From Phoronis australis (Eukaryota; Animalia; Phoronida), in contig NMRA01000386.1 of NCBI GenBank assembly GCA_002633005.1, forward strand, positions 324,032 to 388,031: a stretch of 64,000 nucleotides of DNA, given 5' to 3'. The stretch's first letter is position 1; every line of letters begins with the position of its first letter. Shown in pieces: positions 31,001-46,000 of this stretch. The position numbers and the translations under genes were made by a program. The notes below the pieces were generated by a model. It was not told the DNA's origin and searched no databases. It was given only the letters and a program-made list of their open reading frames with translations.

Positions 31001-34000
31001 GCTCCACCCTCTGCCCATTTATGATTAGACGGTGTAGCTCCACCCCCTGCCCATTTATAATTAGATAGTGTAGCTCCACCCTCTGCCCATTTATGGTTAG
31101 ACAGTGTAGCTCCACCCTCTGCCCATTTGTGATTAGAAGGTGTAGCTCCACCCTCTGCCCAATTAGGATGGCAAGGATGGACAAGGCTGATTGAGAATAG
31201 GAATGGTTGTGCTTACAAATCTTAAACGTCTTTCGCTTGACTCAGTTTCCAAAAGTTGACTGGGATGAAAATGTAATTTCTGTTTTACACAGAAACTTTG
31301 AGATATTTGTTTAGAGAATTGCTTGAATACCCCATTGCAGTAGCAATTCGACAGCATGATGGTTGCAAAGAATTTATGGAAAATGCTCATTGAAAATAAC
31401 CCACTGCAGTGAATGTGCATAAGAATGCAGAATGGTTTCAGCCATTTACCGCATCACCATCTAGTGACAAGGTCTATTTCATTGTCAACAATATAATCTG
31501 GGTTTTTCCGTACATGGTTTGGACGGTGGTCTACTTGGCGCCAATTGTTCTATCAGTATATTAGTTTTTGTGGGGATGAGCTCAGATGCCACAAAAGATT
31601 CTGTTCAATTACGTAGTTGTCTTTGTCAATTCTTTCATTATCCTGCATTGTGTCTGTATTCTGGTTTCTAAACACAGATGAAGCCCTACAACGTGTGCCT
31701 AGCCCCTGAGGTGAACTCACAGCTGACCTCTCTGTTGGAAACCCTGGGAGTTGAGCCCGTGCCTCAGGTAAATTTGTTGATCAGCAGTATAATATTATTC
31801 ATTGGGCGGCCATCGACCAATCATGTTGTATGCTGTCATGACTTAGTACATGAGAAGTAACTCCTGGCTATCACCATCAGTGTCACCACTATACAATAAT
31901 ATGCAGTATTTTCATAATGCTTCAGAGCAAGCTATGTGTGCATATTTATTTAGAATAATTGAATTTTAATCACGTGTGGCTATTTGGAGATTAATAGTAT
32001 AAAGATTCGAATTCAAGTTCAAATTTTAAAAATCATTCACTCTGTTGTGTTATTCCTGCAGTATAAGTATGTCATATTATTAATTATGAAGTAACCAGTT
32101 TTGCCCACTAGAAATTTTATTGAATTGAATGACATTCTACTATATTTTAGTGCAGAAAAGTTTATGCAAAGTGTTTTCACCAGTGACAAAGAAAAGTCAA
32201 ATTCAATGTTTTACCATCATCTTAACGTCATGCATTTTCTGTTCTATTGTTTATGTTGTTGTTGTAGGGCAATGACCCCAGCCAGGCGGTCAGCTTAGCC
32301 GTCCACGACCCTCTGGCCCAGTTTGACCCCACAGCTCGCCAACAAGCCATGGTGGTGCCCTGGTCACCACCCACGCCCAACTGGAACCCCTGGACAGCCT
32401 GTAACCTGGATGAGGGGCCACTCGCCTTCGTAAGTTGAGATGCATGATTGGTTTATTCTCAAACCAATGATTTCGAAGAAAAATACAGTCTAATGATAGA
32501 CCATTTTGGGGTAACTAGTCAGCATTGTGGCTTAGAGTTTTGTGGAATGGTTATAAACCATGGGTGCCATTCACACGTAACAGGCCTTTTGAAATTGGCT
32601 TGCAAGGTGAGTGAAAGTAGTTCTTTGTGAACACTGCTCTTGGTATACAACAGTCCTAGTTGGCCTATGTAAGTAGTTTAAGAAAAGGTTTATGGTCCTG
32701 GTTGAGAAAGCAATGTTTTATTACCCCTTGTGGTTCAGTGAATAGCCCAACCCGGAATTCATGATAATTACTATGTGTAGTTAAATGTTCAAGGGATCCT
32801 TGCAAATCGTTTTTTGTTAAACTACTTTTATTTTTAATTTGTCAGGTATTTGTTATAGGCGTGAATGCGATCCTTACATATTTTGCTCATTCAGTATTTG
32901 TACAGAAATTTTGCGGCAGTACTATATCCTTATTTGTTCCGTCTATTGTGGTGACAAGCCATTAAGGTATTGCATTTAACAAGTTGTAATTACTCGTGAA
33001 ACGGAGAGATTTTCACATTCACCATGCCAAAATAATCAGATAAAATGACGTGGAATGCCTGTCAGGACATTTGTTCCAAAGCATAATTCACCTTCAGGGT
33101 AACTAGAACGACTAGTGGAAACAGTACGTTGTCAGATTTCTTTTGGGATGTACTGTAGTTGCCTTTTTCTACTTTCCATATTGCATTGCATAGGCCAGCA
33201 TGGAGCAAATCAGTCAAGACCTCAAATCGGGACTCGACCGTCAGATGTCTGAGGATGCCCACCTCAAGCAGATGATAGACGAACGGTCCAATCTGCCTGT
33301 TTGGAATTCACATGATGAGCTTATGGACGCCATCTCCAGGAACCCAGTGACACTAATCCGTGGCCAAACTGGCTGTGGAAAGACCACTCAGGTGCAGTAA
33401 CTTATAGGGTGTCCGAGACTGTGAGACAAGTTTGAAGCAGCTCAAAACTTGTACCATTTTAAATGTAGTTTTCAGTTGTTTGGTTTTGGGAAACAGTTGA
33501 GACAGTTCTTAGGCCCGAGAACAACTGATACTTCATTGCTTAGATCAGGCTCGATAAGCTTTGTTATTTTAAGGGCCGAGCATGGTCAACACAGCTGAAC
33601 TGTCAGTCCTTCCAAATCCCGGAAATCATTCCTTATCTGAGTTAGGAACAATTCGAGACAAATTTTTCGGTTGCTTTGCCATCTCAAGATAGGAAAACTA
33701 TTATTTGCTGTGTCGGCTATTGTCATTTCTAGGATATTTGAAATTATTGTTCAAACAAACACTTGTGTTGCCTGTGTGCTTAATGAATAGGTAACATGGA
33801 ATAAAAGTTCTCTAATTTGGGACATGAAAAAAAAATAAATTATTTTGCTCAAGGCCGGAGCCAGTCCTAAATTCTAGAAGTAGTTGCAATATTGGCTGTC
33901 CCAATTCAAGATTGAAATTTGAGAAATATGGTGAATGCCAAAATTGCTCTTGTCCCAAATTCCAGCATGAAGAAAACATAATTTTTGCTGATCCAGGAGT

Positions 34001-37000
34001 TTCTGTGTCTTAAATTCTATAGAATCTCCCAATTTAAGAATTTTTACCATAAGTGTTTAGGGCTGTTCCAGCAAAATTTGTATGGGAGGGGGGGAAGGCA
34101 CTTTTATTTCGTACCCACCGCCCATATTTTTCATTTATTTCTCCAACCCATGACCCATAATTTTTTAATTATTTTTAATAGGTTAAAATATAAAATCTAA
34201 CACTTGCAAACAAATTGCCTCCAGGAGGACCTGTTAAGAACTTAGATGATTGACAGACAAGAACTAGTTGTCTTGTCCAACATTGTCAAAAATTAAAGTA
34301 GCCTGTGAACAATACTTTTGGCAGCCACCAGGTGTCTCTGTTCACCATGTGTCTATAATTTCAATGAACATTTTTTCAATTATAAGGATCTATGAATCTC
34401 AAACTGTCTCCACAAACTCTTTTATACTTCTATGTCAAGTGAATATTGGAACTTGTTTATCTTACTCCTCATACTTTTTATTTAAAAATCATCAATTTTC
34501 TTATATGTGTTAACACCAGTTTAGTGTTGCATAACTTTTCAATTGAATAGGACTGCAGACAAGCACTTGGCTCAAATCAAGTTGCCCATGACTTGATTAA
34601 TGGCTTAGTGAACATATTGCACTCTGTTCACTGGCAATATGGGCTTTTTTGTATTGGGATAAGTTGGGATATATGCCAATCGCATTTTTTGAGTTTTGAT
34701 TTCGTTGGAGATGTGTTAGCTGAATTAACCAACCTGTCAAGGTTAACAGATCAAAAAATACCACCCATTTTTAATGCATCACTTCTTACAGGAACGACCA
34801 CCCATAATTTGCGTTTTTTTCTGAAGACCACCACCCATGAATTTTTATTTCTGCTGCCGTCCCCCCCCTCCCACACGGATTTTACTGGAACAGCCCTTAT
34901 GATTTCTATCGATTTTAACTAGTCCAGCATATATTTTTCATGAAGGTCCTTTTGCATTAATGCAGCAACTACACATTTCTCAAATTATTACTTAGGACTT
35001 TTGTCGAGTGCTTTCCAAAGCTCATCATTTGTGTGGATTCTTTTTGATGTACCTTTTGCAAGTTTTTGTATTTTTTTATAAGAAAACCACGTAATAGTCA
35101 AACTATGAACACTTCTACCGGACATTCTGTAATTAAAACTTTCCGTTGCAGGAACACAACTGTCCCCTTAAAAGTCAAATTATGAATGGTTCAACCCCCC
35201 TTAAGGGAGCAGTTGTGTTCTCTGCACTGGAAATGTTGTTGTGGTGTTTCCAATTGAATCACTCATAATTCGACTACAAACATGTAACTACAGGTAGTGG
35301 ATGTATCAGAATATACATCAGCTTGTTCAAAGACCATGTTACCCAAAAATCAGCATACACATGTTATGATCCGTATTCCACCAGGTACCACAATACATCC
35401 TAGATAGTTACATCAATCAGGGCCGGGGCGCCGAGTGCAACATCGTGGTCACTCAGCCGCGACGTATCAGTGCCATCTCCATCTCGGAGAGGGTCGCCGA
35501 CGAGCGATCGGAACCCCTTGGCAACAGCTGTGGTTACAGCGTGCGTTTCGAGTCGGTGTTCCCGCGACCCTACGGCGGTATACTATACTGCACTGTAGGT
35601 GAGTTACTGCACCAATAAATTTGCTTATCCAAAATCTGCCCCAGAGAGGTTCATGGCCACAACACATTATGCAAATCTCTGTTAGTGGGTAGTTTACTCT
35701 GAGTGTAGTATAAACATCTATTGAGTGGAAGTGTGATGGCGACCAACCAGAGGACTGTCTTCAGTCTGATATGTGAGTTATTTAAGCCACTGATGGCAAT
35801 GACCTTTGACCAAATTTTACAAGAAAATTGGATTATCTCAGGGCAAATTTTGCTGATAAGTAGAACTGTCCAACCTCTTTATTGTGTCATGGAATAGTCA
35901 TTCTAAAAAGCTTAATTATGGTTTTGAGACATGTGAACTGGACTTCCACCGCATGTTTTGCCACTGGTTTAATTTTGCAAAACTACGTGTCATACACCAT
36001 CTTCTGGTCGTGTTGTCGCCACACGCTTTAATTTGTAATATTCATATGGTTCTAATTTCCAAAACTGTGTTATTCGAAGACAACACATTGTAAATTTACT
36101 CGAACTTTGAAGTGCAATTGGTCAACATTTGAACTCATTTGTTAGTTTCAGAGTTTTGTCATTGTATGGATTTTCCATGGTTTCTGCATTCTTTTAGGTA
36201 CACTGTTACGAAAGCTGGAGAACGGGCTACGAGGGGTGTCTCACGTGATTGTGGACGAGATTCATGAGCGTGATATTAACGTAAGTAGGGTGACACCTTA
36301 GCATTAACAGTCTTTATCATAACCTGGTGTAAAAGATGAACACTTTCACTTTGGATAGCATTTATTTTATTTGAGTGATCACTTGTGATTCCATTAATTG
36401 CAAAATTTTTTACCTTTCTTTATGTTTACAACAGATCACGTTATTCATTGAGGGGTCTTTCATTCTGTGGATAAATATCTCATTTAAGGGTGACCCTGTT
36501 CGTTTCCTCTTCAGGTTGTCTGTGTGTACGGTAGCAATGAACTGACACACGGTACCCAAGAGGGTTAATCAAGTACTGTGATTGTTCAGTGCGTATTGTT
36601 TCAGTAGTTAATCCAATGTACTGTTTCATTTCAGACGGACTTCTTGCTCGTTTTGCTACGTGACATGATCAACATATACCCCGACATGCGCGTTGTGCTT
36701 ATGTCTGCCACTGTCGACATCACACTGTTCAGCGAGTATTTCGGCAAATGTAACGTGGCCGAGGTGCATGGACGACTGCATCCTGTGCAGGGTATGTATG
36801 TCTGCCGCCATCTTGTGCTTCCTACAGAAAGCTCGCGGCCCGGCGAGCTGTGATTGTTTTTATGTTCAGGAGTGCTTGCTACTCATTCCGGGTTTGTCCA
36901 TGAAATATTTAAACCATGCCATCTCCTTTTAATACACGCAAGTTAAGACACACTGCATGGAGGCAATACAGACTAGAACGCCATCTGCAGCCCAAGAGTG

Positions 37001-40000
37001 CATAATGGGTATTACCACAGAAATACTCTGTAACAAATTTAAAGCAGTTTGGTACGGTGAAATTACTTTTGTGTAAGATACAAGATTTGTCATTCAGTGT
37101 TTTCACAATGTGCTTGAAAATGATTGCAGGAAATTTCTCATAGGTCTATGATAATTTTGTCTCTGTCAGGTGCTAAGTACAATCTATCTTAATTTTTAGA
37201 CTATTTTCTGGAGGACTGCATTCAGATGTTGAATTTTGTTCCCCCACCGTCGACCAAAAAGAGGAGAGATGAAGACACTGTGGACGAGGACGGAGAGAAA
37301 GAGGTATGTTTGAATGACATGACTTTGTTTGAATGACATGTTTGAATGACATGTTTGAATGACATGGTTAATGATGTGTTTTAATGACCATTTTGGGCAT
37401 GTTTTTTTAAAATGTGTCCGTAAACGAACATGTTTTAGTGACATGTTTAATGACATGAATCCGAATCACTTGATTGTGGTGACTTATTCGCATAATTTCG
37501 ATAATTGGCAAATTGATGGCTAGATGTTTTCAAAAAATATCTTCAAATAGTTGACTGTTATTTTACGTCATTTCTGTTTTAAAATTTCTTCTGTATCTTC
37601 ACCTTTTGTTTGATGAGGCAAGACTTTGCGTGAATAATGTTAATTCTGCGAATTCTGCTTAACCGCAGGAGAACTGCAACCAGCTGATCAGTAACGAATA
37701 CTCAGAGCAGACCAGACGAGCCGTAGCCATGTTGAGTGAGAAGGAAATGTCGTTTGAACTCATTGAGGTGAGGTGGCATTAGTGTTGTATTTGGTTTTGT
37801 TCATCTCGTGGTTGTCACGGTGATGGTTGTGTTTTGGCTGAGTGAAAAGGAGCCAAAGTTAGTTTTAGAGTTCATTTTTACACTTTTGTGTATTGTGTTT
37901 GTGTTGTTGACGTGGTAACTCTACAGTTGTGGTAGTTGCGTGTTGTTCTTTGGTTGTTCACAGAAGTTCATCAATTCTTCAGTATGATAAAAATCGACTA
38001 AGTTGCCTTTTCAAAGGCCGACTGCATTGTTCCAGTTTGTCAAATTTTGTACATCCTTGTTGATAAGAATTGGTCAAAAGTTAAAAAACCGTGCCAAGAT
38101 TGAATTTCTTTTAACATTTTTAATTAAATAAATAAAATTCCACCATTTTATCACATTGTGAAGAATTGCTGAATGTTGTGTTAATTCATTGATACAGATG
38201 TTTTCAAGGCAATCTTAACAGACAATGAAAATCTATGTTGAGTTGGCAAAACTATACAGTACTGCCCTCTGTTGTTACAGGCGCTGGTGCGTTACATCAA
38301 AGATCTGGGCATCCCCGGTGCTATCCTCGTTTTCTTACCTGGCTGGAACTTGATTTTTGCCCTGATGAAACACCTGGAGATGCACCCAGAGTTTGGTAGG
38401 TACCTCGTTTTAGTCATCAGCAAAACATTCCTCTTGTCTAACAAGTTTAGGAAAAGTTAAGGCTGTCTTATCCATACTCTTTCCTTCCCATTCACCGATT
38501 TATAACTTAGGATGAGTTTCGTCAGTCGACAGAAATGACTAAAATATATTTTCTTAACTTTCATCCCTGTTTGTGTTTGCCTTATTGTACTTTTATTTTG
38601 TATGGTGGCAGATGAGTGAGTACTCATGAGGATCAATGGCAGCCATTTTAGGTTGTGCTGAGCCACTAAAATGGAAATTAAACTAAAAAATCATATAAAA
38701 TTTTGTTATGTTTGAGAATATTCGGATTTGCATTGAATGAGCATTATTTGGCTTTGGTTTCGACTGAACTAACTTTCGTTAAAATCCATTTTATGCAGTT
38801 TTTAATTAATGCTGAAAGGATATTCTTTAAATTAAGAATTGTTTGCAGTAAACCCACTGGAAGTCTGAATCTGGTGTGAACTTTTTAATTGTTAAGTGAC
38901 TTGTCAAATGTGAACGCTGGTTTTATGCATATTACTTGAAATTCAAAAGCCATTGAAGTTCAAGTTTTTCTTTTGTTTCCAGGGGGTCGTAACTATCGGA
39001 TCCTGCCTCTGCACTCACAGATCCCTCGCGAGGACCAACACCGTGTGTTTGAACCAGTACCTGAAGGTGTCACCAAGATCATCCTGTCAACGAATATTGC
39101 GGAGACTAGTGTCACCATTAACGACGTGGTTTACGTCATAGACTCCTGCAAGTAGGTTGTTTGTTACTTGTTGGCCAGTTTTTGGGAATAAACTTCAAGT
39201 TTCAGTTTTACCTGGAAGTAAACACATTCCCAAATAACAAAAACACCACTACCGTGCTGTTTGTTTTCCAAGATAAGTGCTCTGATCAGTTGTTCATTAA
39301 TTACATTTACAAAAAAGTACTACAAAAAAGTTTAATGTTCACCTTACCTCAGACCGGTTCAGCAGAGCTGTAAATGGTTTCTGGGCATATGCTTTATGAT
39401 TTTCTGCTTGAGAGGAAGGTCCAGTGCAAGAGATGCATGATTTCACTGTCAAGAACTGAATATTTCAAGGCTTCACATGTTGATTCTGGGTTCCTTAGCC
39501 ATGTCTGCTGTTGGACTTTTGTCCTTTGCCTCCTACTTGCTATTCACTTTAGTCTTGGCACTGAGAACCCTAAAGTTGTTTCGGGTTTCGACTCAAAAAT
39601 GTCAGATTGCCAAGCATGCTTCAAGTTAATTTTCAATTTTCACACGACGTGTTTCTTCAGTTCGCGGGGCAACTCTTCAGTAAAGTTTTGTTTCACTAGA
39701 ATATATCGACTCGCTGACTAATTTTCACACAGAGTTTTATTGGAGGTTCTGGAAAGTCTTGATTCAGACTCTTGTGTAAAAGTATGCTGTACAGTTGCAG
39801 CATTTTAGGGAAACAGATCTCTTGTATTAACTGTAAGTGTTTCACATTGATCCCTTCATTATTCACCATGTTTCACTATGAACCGTAACATTAATTGTGT
39901 GACTTTGCTTGTTGTCAGAGCCAAGATTAAGTTGTTCACGTCCCATAACAACATGACCAACTATGCCACCGTGTGGGCATCCAAGACAAATTTAGAGCAG

Positions 40001-43000
40001 CGGCGAGGTCGCGCGGGTCGTGTCAGGCCGGGCTTCTGCTTCCACTTGTGTAGCAGGTATATTTTATGTTAATCAGATGTGTGCACTATATTTTATGTTA
40101 ATTAAATGTTACTGAGTGTACAGTATGATTTTATGTTAATTAAATGTGTACCTTATACTTCTATCATAATTAGATGCGTACGCAATGCTTTTATGTTAAT
40201 TATATTAATTTGTACACTATTACTTTTATGTGAATTCAATATGAACTCTATGCCCTTTCATTAAGTTCAATTTTAGTTTGCACAAAGTCTTGCTCCCTAG
40301 GATAGATTAATATTTTAGCCCATGCCGTAAACTTTTTGAAAACTATCCATTTATTGGCTTTTTAATATTTTGCCGTTGGATTCTTGTGTTCTACTCAATT
40401 GCTAATTAGAATGATGTTAAAAGAGTTATCTTGATTTTATACTTTTTATATGTCTTAATTTTCAGTTGATAACACATAAACTGCTGCTGAGTCTTCACAA
40501 ATAGACTGTATTCCAGCACAAATTTTTTTCCTCAGTTTGATCCTTGTATCATAAGTTTGCATTTCATTTAATACGCCGGTGATTGAGGTTTGATTTCATT
40601 TTGTGAGCGCTAATGAATGTCATTGCTCCTATAAACAGGCCTCGATTCGACCGCCTGGACCAGCATATGACCCCGGAAATATTCCGAACTCCACTTCATG
40701 AATTGGCGCTTAGTATCAAACTACTCCGCCTTGGCGCCATCGGAGCGTTCCTGTCTAAGGCAATAGAACCACCACCTATTGACGCAGTTATTGAAGCAGA
40801 AGCACTATTAAAAGGTAAGAGATTCAAGATAAACTGTGACAATATCTCAGACATTAGGTTGTGTGGATGGATTTAATTTCTTATACGTTTGTTTGCTCAG
40901 TCGTAATGACCCACCTTTTTTCTGAGTTGCTTTGTCGCCGGAGTTCTTGGGTTCATGACAAGACTATGAATAGCCAATATTATTCTACTGGTAGATATTT
41001 AACAAGCTGGTTTGAATCCATTTCAATTTCAAATGATTTTTCTGCAAGTTCCAGACAGTGTTAATATTTGCTGAAGATACAGTGAAAAATTGTTTTTCAA
41101 AAGTTTCTTACATTACTGCAGGTGCCCAAAATTTCACAAATTGTTTGCTCGCAGCAAAAATGAACAAAATCATTTTCAAATTTATAAAAGCTTCTATTAT
41201 GCAAATTTTGTAACAATGAAAATCCACTTTTCCACCATATGATATATTCATCGCAATAAAGTAGTTTTTTTTTATTGTACTTAAGTCAGAATTTAGTGTG
41301 ACATTGGTGCACCTAGCCGCTAATTTTTTTGTAAAAGCTAGTTGTTACAATTTCAACAACTTGGGTGGAGTACCTGTCTGTGTTTTTCCAAGAATTTGTT
41401 GGAATTGAAACATAAGAGAGATTTTTAGTCGCGGTTCTTTCCGTTGAAACTTTGTTTAGAATTTCAACGCTGTCCAGTTCATTTTGAATCCAACTATCTG
41501 TTCATTTGATAACACATAGGTCTGCCCATCACAAAGCAAGAGAATTTCCATAGATTGCCGGTTAAAACATTACCTCTGCACACACTGCGTTTTTTGTTTT
41601 CCAGAAATGAATGCCTTGGACCAGAATGATGAGTTAACTCCCCTGGGCAAGATTCTGGCCAAGTTACCGATCGACCCTCGTCTCGGCAAGATGATTATCT
41701 ATAGCTGCATATTCTAGTGAGTGGTCATTCAAACTTTTGGATTTGACTATTGTCAGTTGATTAGCTCAAAAACCGGTTAGCGAAACAAGATGAAATTTGA
41801 CACAAATTTGTGTGACAGTCAATTTTCAGACTAAATTGACTGCTGTGTGTTGTGACACTGCCTGTTTGCCTTTGTAATTATTGACAAAAAATTCATAAAA
41901 AACAAGATTTTTCAACTTCAACACTTTTCGATGTCTCAAACATCATCATCAGTACAAGCAGTCAAGGCCATCTAACAATCTTGACCCACACAGTGTACAG
42001 TTGAGCTATCGTCAGTCTTTGATGTTTTGTTGCTATGATGTGTGCTGATAGCTCTACTGGCACTTGCCAGATTTTGATGGAATGAGGATATATGATGGGT
42101 ATGCGTATCTTGTTTGGGGTGCAGTCGTGGGCGCGTCTGAATAAACCACTTTTCTATTGTTAGTTTTGTATTTTTTTCATGATTTTCTTTGTCTTTCGAT
42201 TTTGTAACCTGATGATTTTCTGAGTACTGTATCTCCCTCTGGCTATTTTAGTTTTTGACCTTACATCGCTTGGCGATTATTGCCGAGGGGACATTTCAAA
42301 ACTGAGAATTACATTTTTATCTATACGACTGCTCAGACTGTTGATACTATAAAAATATTCTTGTTTAGAAAATCTACATTGCTTATTATTTATGGATGAC
42401 AAGAACGAATTAGTCGCATCCATCTTAACTCTAGTATTGCAATCTACAATCTCTCTAATACTAAATTTCCTTCATTTTGTAGATGAGGGTCATCCTCAGT
42501 TTACCCTCACATGGAACTCAGCTGGTACTCTGAATGGGTCATGGCTGCAGTAAATGTGTATTAGCTGAGAGTAACATTTTATTCCAGTTGCGGTGATGCG
42601 GTCTGCACCATTGCGGCCAGCTCCACCTTCCCAGAGCCATTCATCACGCCGGCAGACCGCCGTCGTCTCGGCTACGTTCACAAGTCCTTGGCAGGTTCGC
42701 GTTGTAGCGATCACGTGGCCCTACTGAATGCCTTTCAAGCCTGGGAGGAAGCCAGGTACGTCTGACCTGGTAGTAGGTTGGAGTTCGTGTATAGCAATTT
42801 TTAAATTAAGCACCCTAAGCAACGTTGAAATTCAGTGAAGTTTCGATGCACAAAGCTGCCACTGAGCATCCATTTCTTTACATCAAATTCCTAAATCTTG
42901 ACAAAAATCCACACTTCATCAAAATAACTTTTACCTTGCATAGGTGTAGTAATGTCACATTATTTTCGGATTTAAGTTGAACAAAACTTCTCTTTTCTTG

Positions 43001-46000
43001 CAACTAAAGTTCGACTAAACTGCCAAATATTTCGGGCGAGATTTTTCAAATTAGGCTAGAGTTCTGTCAGTCTATTGGTTTATGTTGAAAACGAGACATG
43101 TATAATTTACTTTTTGATCTCTGATAGTGATGCTGGTCTTTTCCTTAGGCTACTGGAATGATGTTTTTGATTGCATGAAACGGATGAACTGGAATAAACG
43201 TTTTCTTATTTTACTCAAAAATATGTAATCTTTCGTTCTCAAATCTGCTCACATCTTTGAATCTGGCAGTTATCACAGTTGATGCATATTCATGGTTATG
43301 ACTGTTCCATTGAGCGTTATTATATTATATTATTATATTATATTATTTTTTTCTTGGCTGTGTGTAGGAGTGGCGGTGAACAGTCTGAGCTGGCATTCTG
43401 TGAGGCCAAGTCTCTGTCAGTTCCAACTCTCAGGATGACATTTGAAGCAAAGGTAAGTATCATATACATTGTTTATTTTAGGTTTAGTTGCTATATTGTA
43501 AATAATATGGTACGAAAGTTTCCAGAAAGTGACAATGAATACATCATTCTGTACAAACAGTGCTATTACTTCACTAGCACACACTAGTGAGTTTTTGAGT
43601 CCCCCGTCTGGCCCTTTGCGACTCATTTTGCTAAATGTTCAGAGCTTTCTCTCAACACTGCATTCAGTTTAGTCACGTGTATGTTACTTCTGCTCCTTTA
43701 GCGCCAGCTGGAGGACATTCTCATAAACACTGGGTTCCCTGAGGAGTGCGTCATGCCACAGGTGTTCAACTTTCACGGACCTGACAGCAACTTGGACATG
43801 GTATGTTGTGCTATACATCAAACAAATAAGTATGACTGAACGTTTAGTTAGTAGTTGTCTGGGTATTTATTTGGTTCTGCAGTTTTTTGCACCATTTATT
43901 CTTCAGACACAACAAATTGTGTTTCTCGTGTTATGCTCTAAAATTACTTCTCCTACTTACTAACTGTTTGGTTCTCTTCAGAAAAACTCATCACTCCTCC
44001 CCATTATTACGCAGCAATAGTCGGATATAACGTGCCCGTACTTTGAGAATCAGTTTTATGGCTGTTATTCAAATGAGAAAAGTGGTTCTCAAAATTTGGG
44101 CACATTATACCCTACTGTTACCTTACTTCGCAACCAGTTTTCATAAGTCTATCCGTCCATTGCTGAAGGGCTCCTTAAATTTTGCAATGCTCTCTATTTT
44201 TTTTTTTTTAATCTCAGCTGTTGTTATTAGTTCCTTTGTTTTCAAGGTGACGACCTTGTTGACCCTTGGCCTTTACCCTAATGTCTGCTACCACAAGGAG
44301 AAGCGTAAGGTGCTGACACAGGAGAGCAAGGCTGCGCTGATCCACAAGTCTTCTGTTAACTGCTCCAACAGAGAACAGATGTTCCCCTCGCCCTTTTTTG
44401 TATTTGGTGAAAAGGTGAGTGTTGATTGGCTACAGTCAAGGGTGGATACGACCTCTGTTAACATGAACTTAACATAATCGTGTGCAACCTTGAGGCTGCA
44501 CTCATCCACAAGTCATGTACCTTCTGCTCTAAATTAGCAATTGCTTTTCTTGCATATCTTTGTGCAAAAAGGTGGGTCGTGATGGTTGGTTTTAGCCTAG
44601 GTTACGACCTCTGTTCACCCTGGGAATTTTATTTTTAATTAACATGTGTTGCCAGAAGGTGGCGCTAATGCACAGGTCATTGTAAGGCATACATATTAAA
44701 GCAATGGAATGGAGCAAAATGAGATAGATGATTCCTGTGGGCATCCACAATTTTAGGAGTTCTTTTAATCTATGTCTGTGCTTATCATCGGATAGCTGAC
44801 CAGATGTCTTACAGGACTATAGATACAAAAGTTTCTTTCAGAATTCAAATCAAATGTCAGATCTGTTATCTGGTCATTTATCTTGCGAACACTATCAAAA
44901 AGTTGTCGGACAAGATGAACTGGACCATCCTGTCATGGTGGTTATTCACATGTGGAAACCTTCCATCAAGATGGCCTTTTGTCAAGACCGGGAAGGATGT
45001 GAAATTTCTCCTCAGAATTTGACTTTATTATTATTTATTTGATTTCATTAGAATGTTTCTGGAATGATGAGTCATCCACCTAAATTTTTAATGTTTATCT
45101 CCTTCTGTTCATCCAGATCCGTACGAGAGCCGTCTCGTGCAAACAGATGACGATGGTGACCCCATTACAACTGCTTCTGTTTGGAGCGCGTAACGTCAAG
45201 TCACAGGACGGGCTTATTGTTCTTGACGACTGGTGAGTGGTTGTATGCATTATGCATGAAGCAGTGCCAGTGAAAGACAATTAAAATTAGATTCATCGAT
45301 TGTTTACTATATTTTGGAAAACTGACATGCCGGTGTTGAAGATAATAATGATTTTGTAGGAAATTTTCTGTAATAAAAGTACAATTTGGAAAAGTTGCCT
45401 TGACACCAAGATTTCTCCTAATTCCTCCATGTTCTGTTCATAGCTGTCAACAATATAGAACATTCTACATTAAGCTTCTCTAGAACAGGTTTTTGTGTGT
45501 AGTACAGCTGGCTTCAACAAACCCACTATGATATTTTGAGCATTTTTGGCAATACAGCGAGTATGGAAAAATGAAGAAAGGGCAATTTTGGTCATTGTGT
45601 TTGTTCAAATTTGAGGTCACTTTTCCGTAGTCAGTTGTAAAGACAGTAAATATTTATCTCTTCATCATTAGGCAAAAATGAAAATGAGGCAAGACTAAAA
45701 ATTGATTAAATACTCAGTAAGAAGTATAAGTGTGACAAGACATTAAAAAGTACATGTGCAATCTGAGTTTAGTTTTGACATTACTGCCCTCTGTAGGATC
45801 AACTTGAACATGCCTCACGACCAAGCTGCACGACTGGTCACCCTACGGCCAGCCTTGGAGGCACTCATTGTCCGCGCCACGGTGGAGCCTGAGGGTGTGG
45901 CTGAGCCCAGCCCCGAGGATGGACAGCTGATGCAGGTGGTGCGGAGTATCTCACGGCCCAGCGCTGGCACGCACGGTGTGGAGAACAATTATACTGGCAA

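Noticed and set aside
30855-31184. Minus-strand ORF with 12-aa repeats (INGQRVELH)
   Set aside because: Translation of the intronic 36-bp minisatellite.
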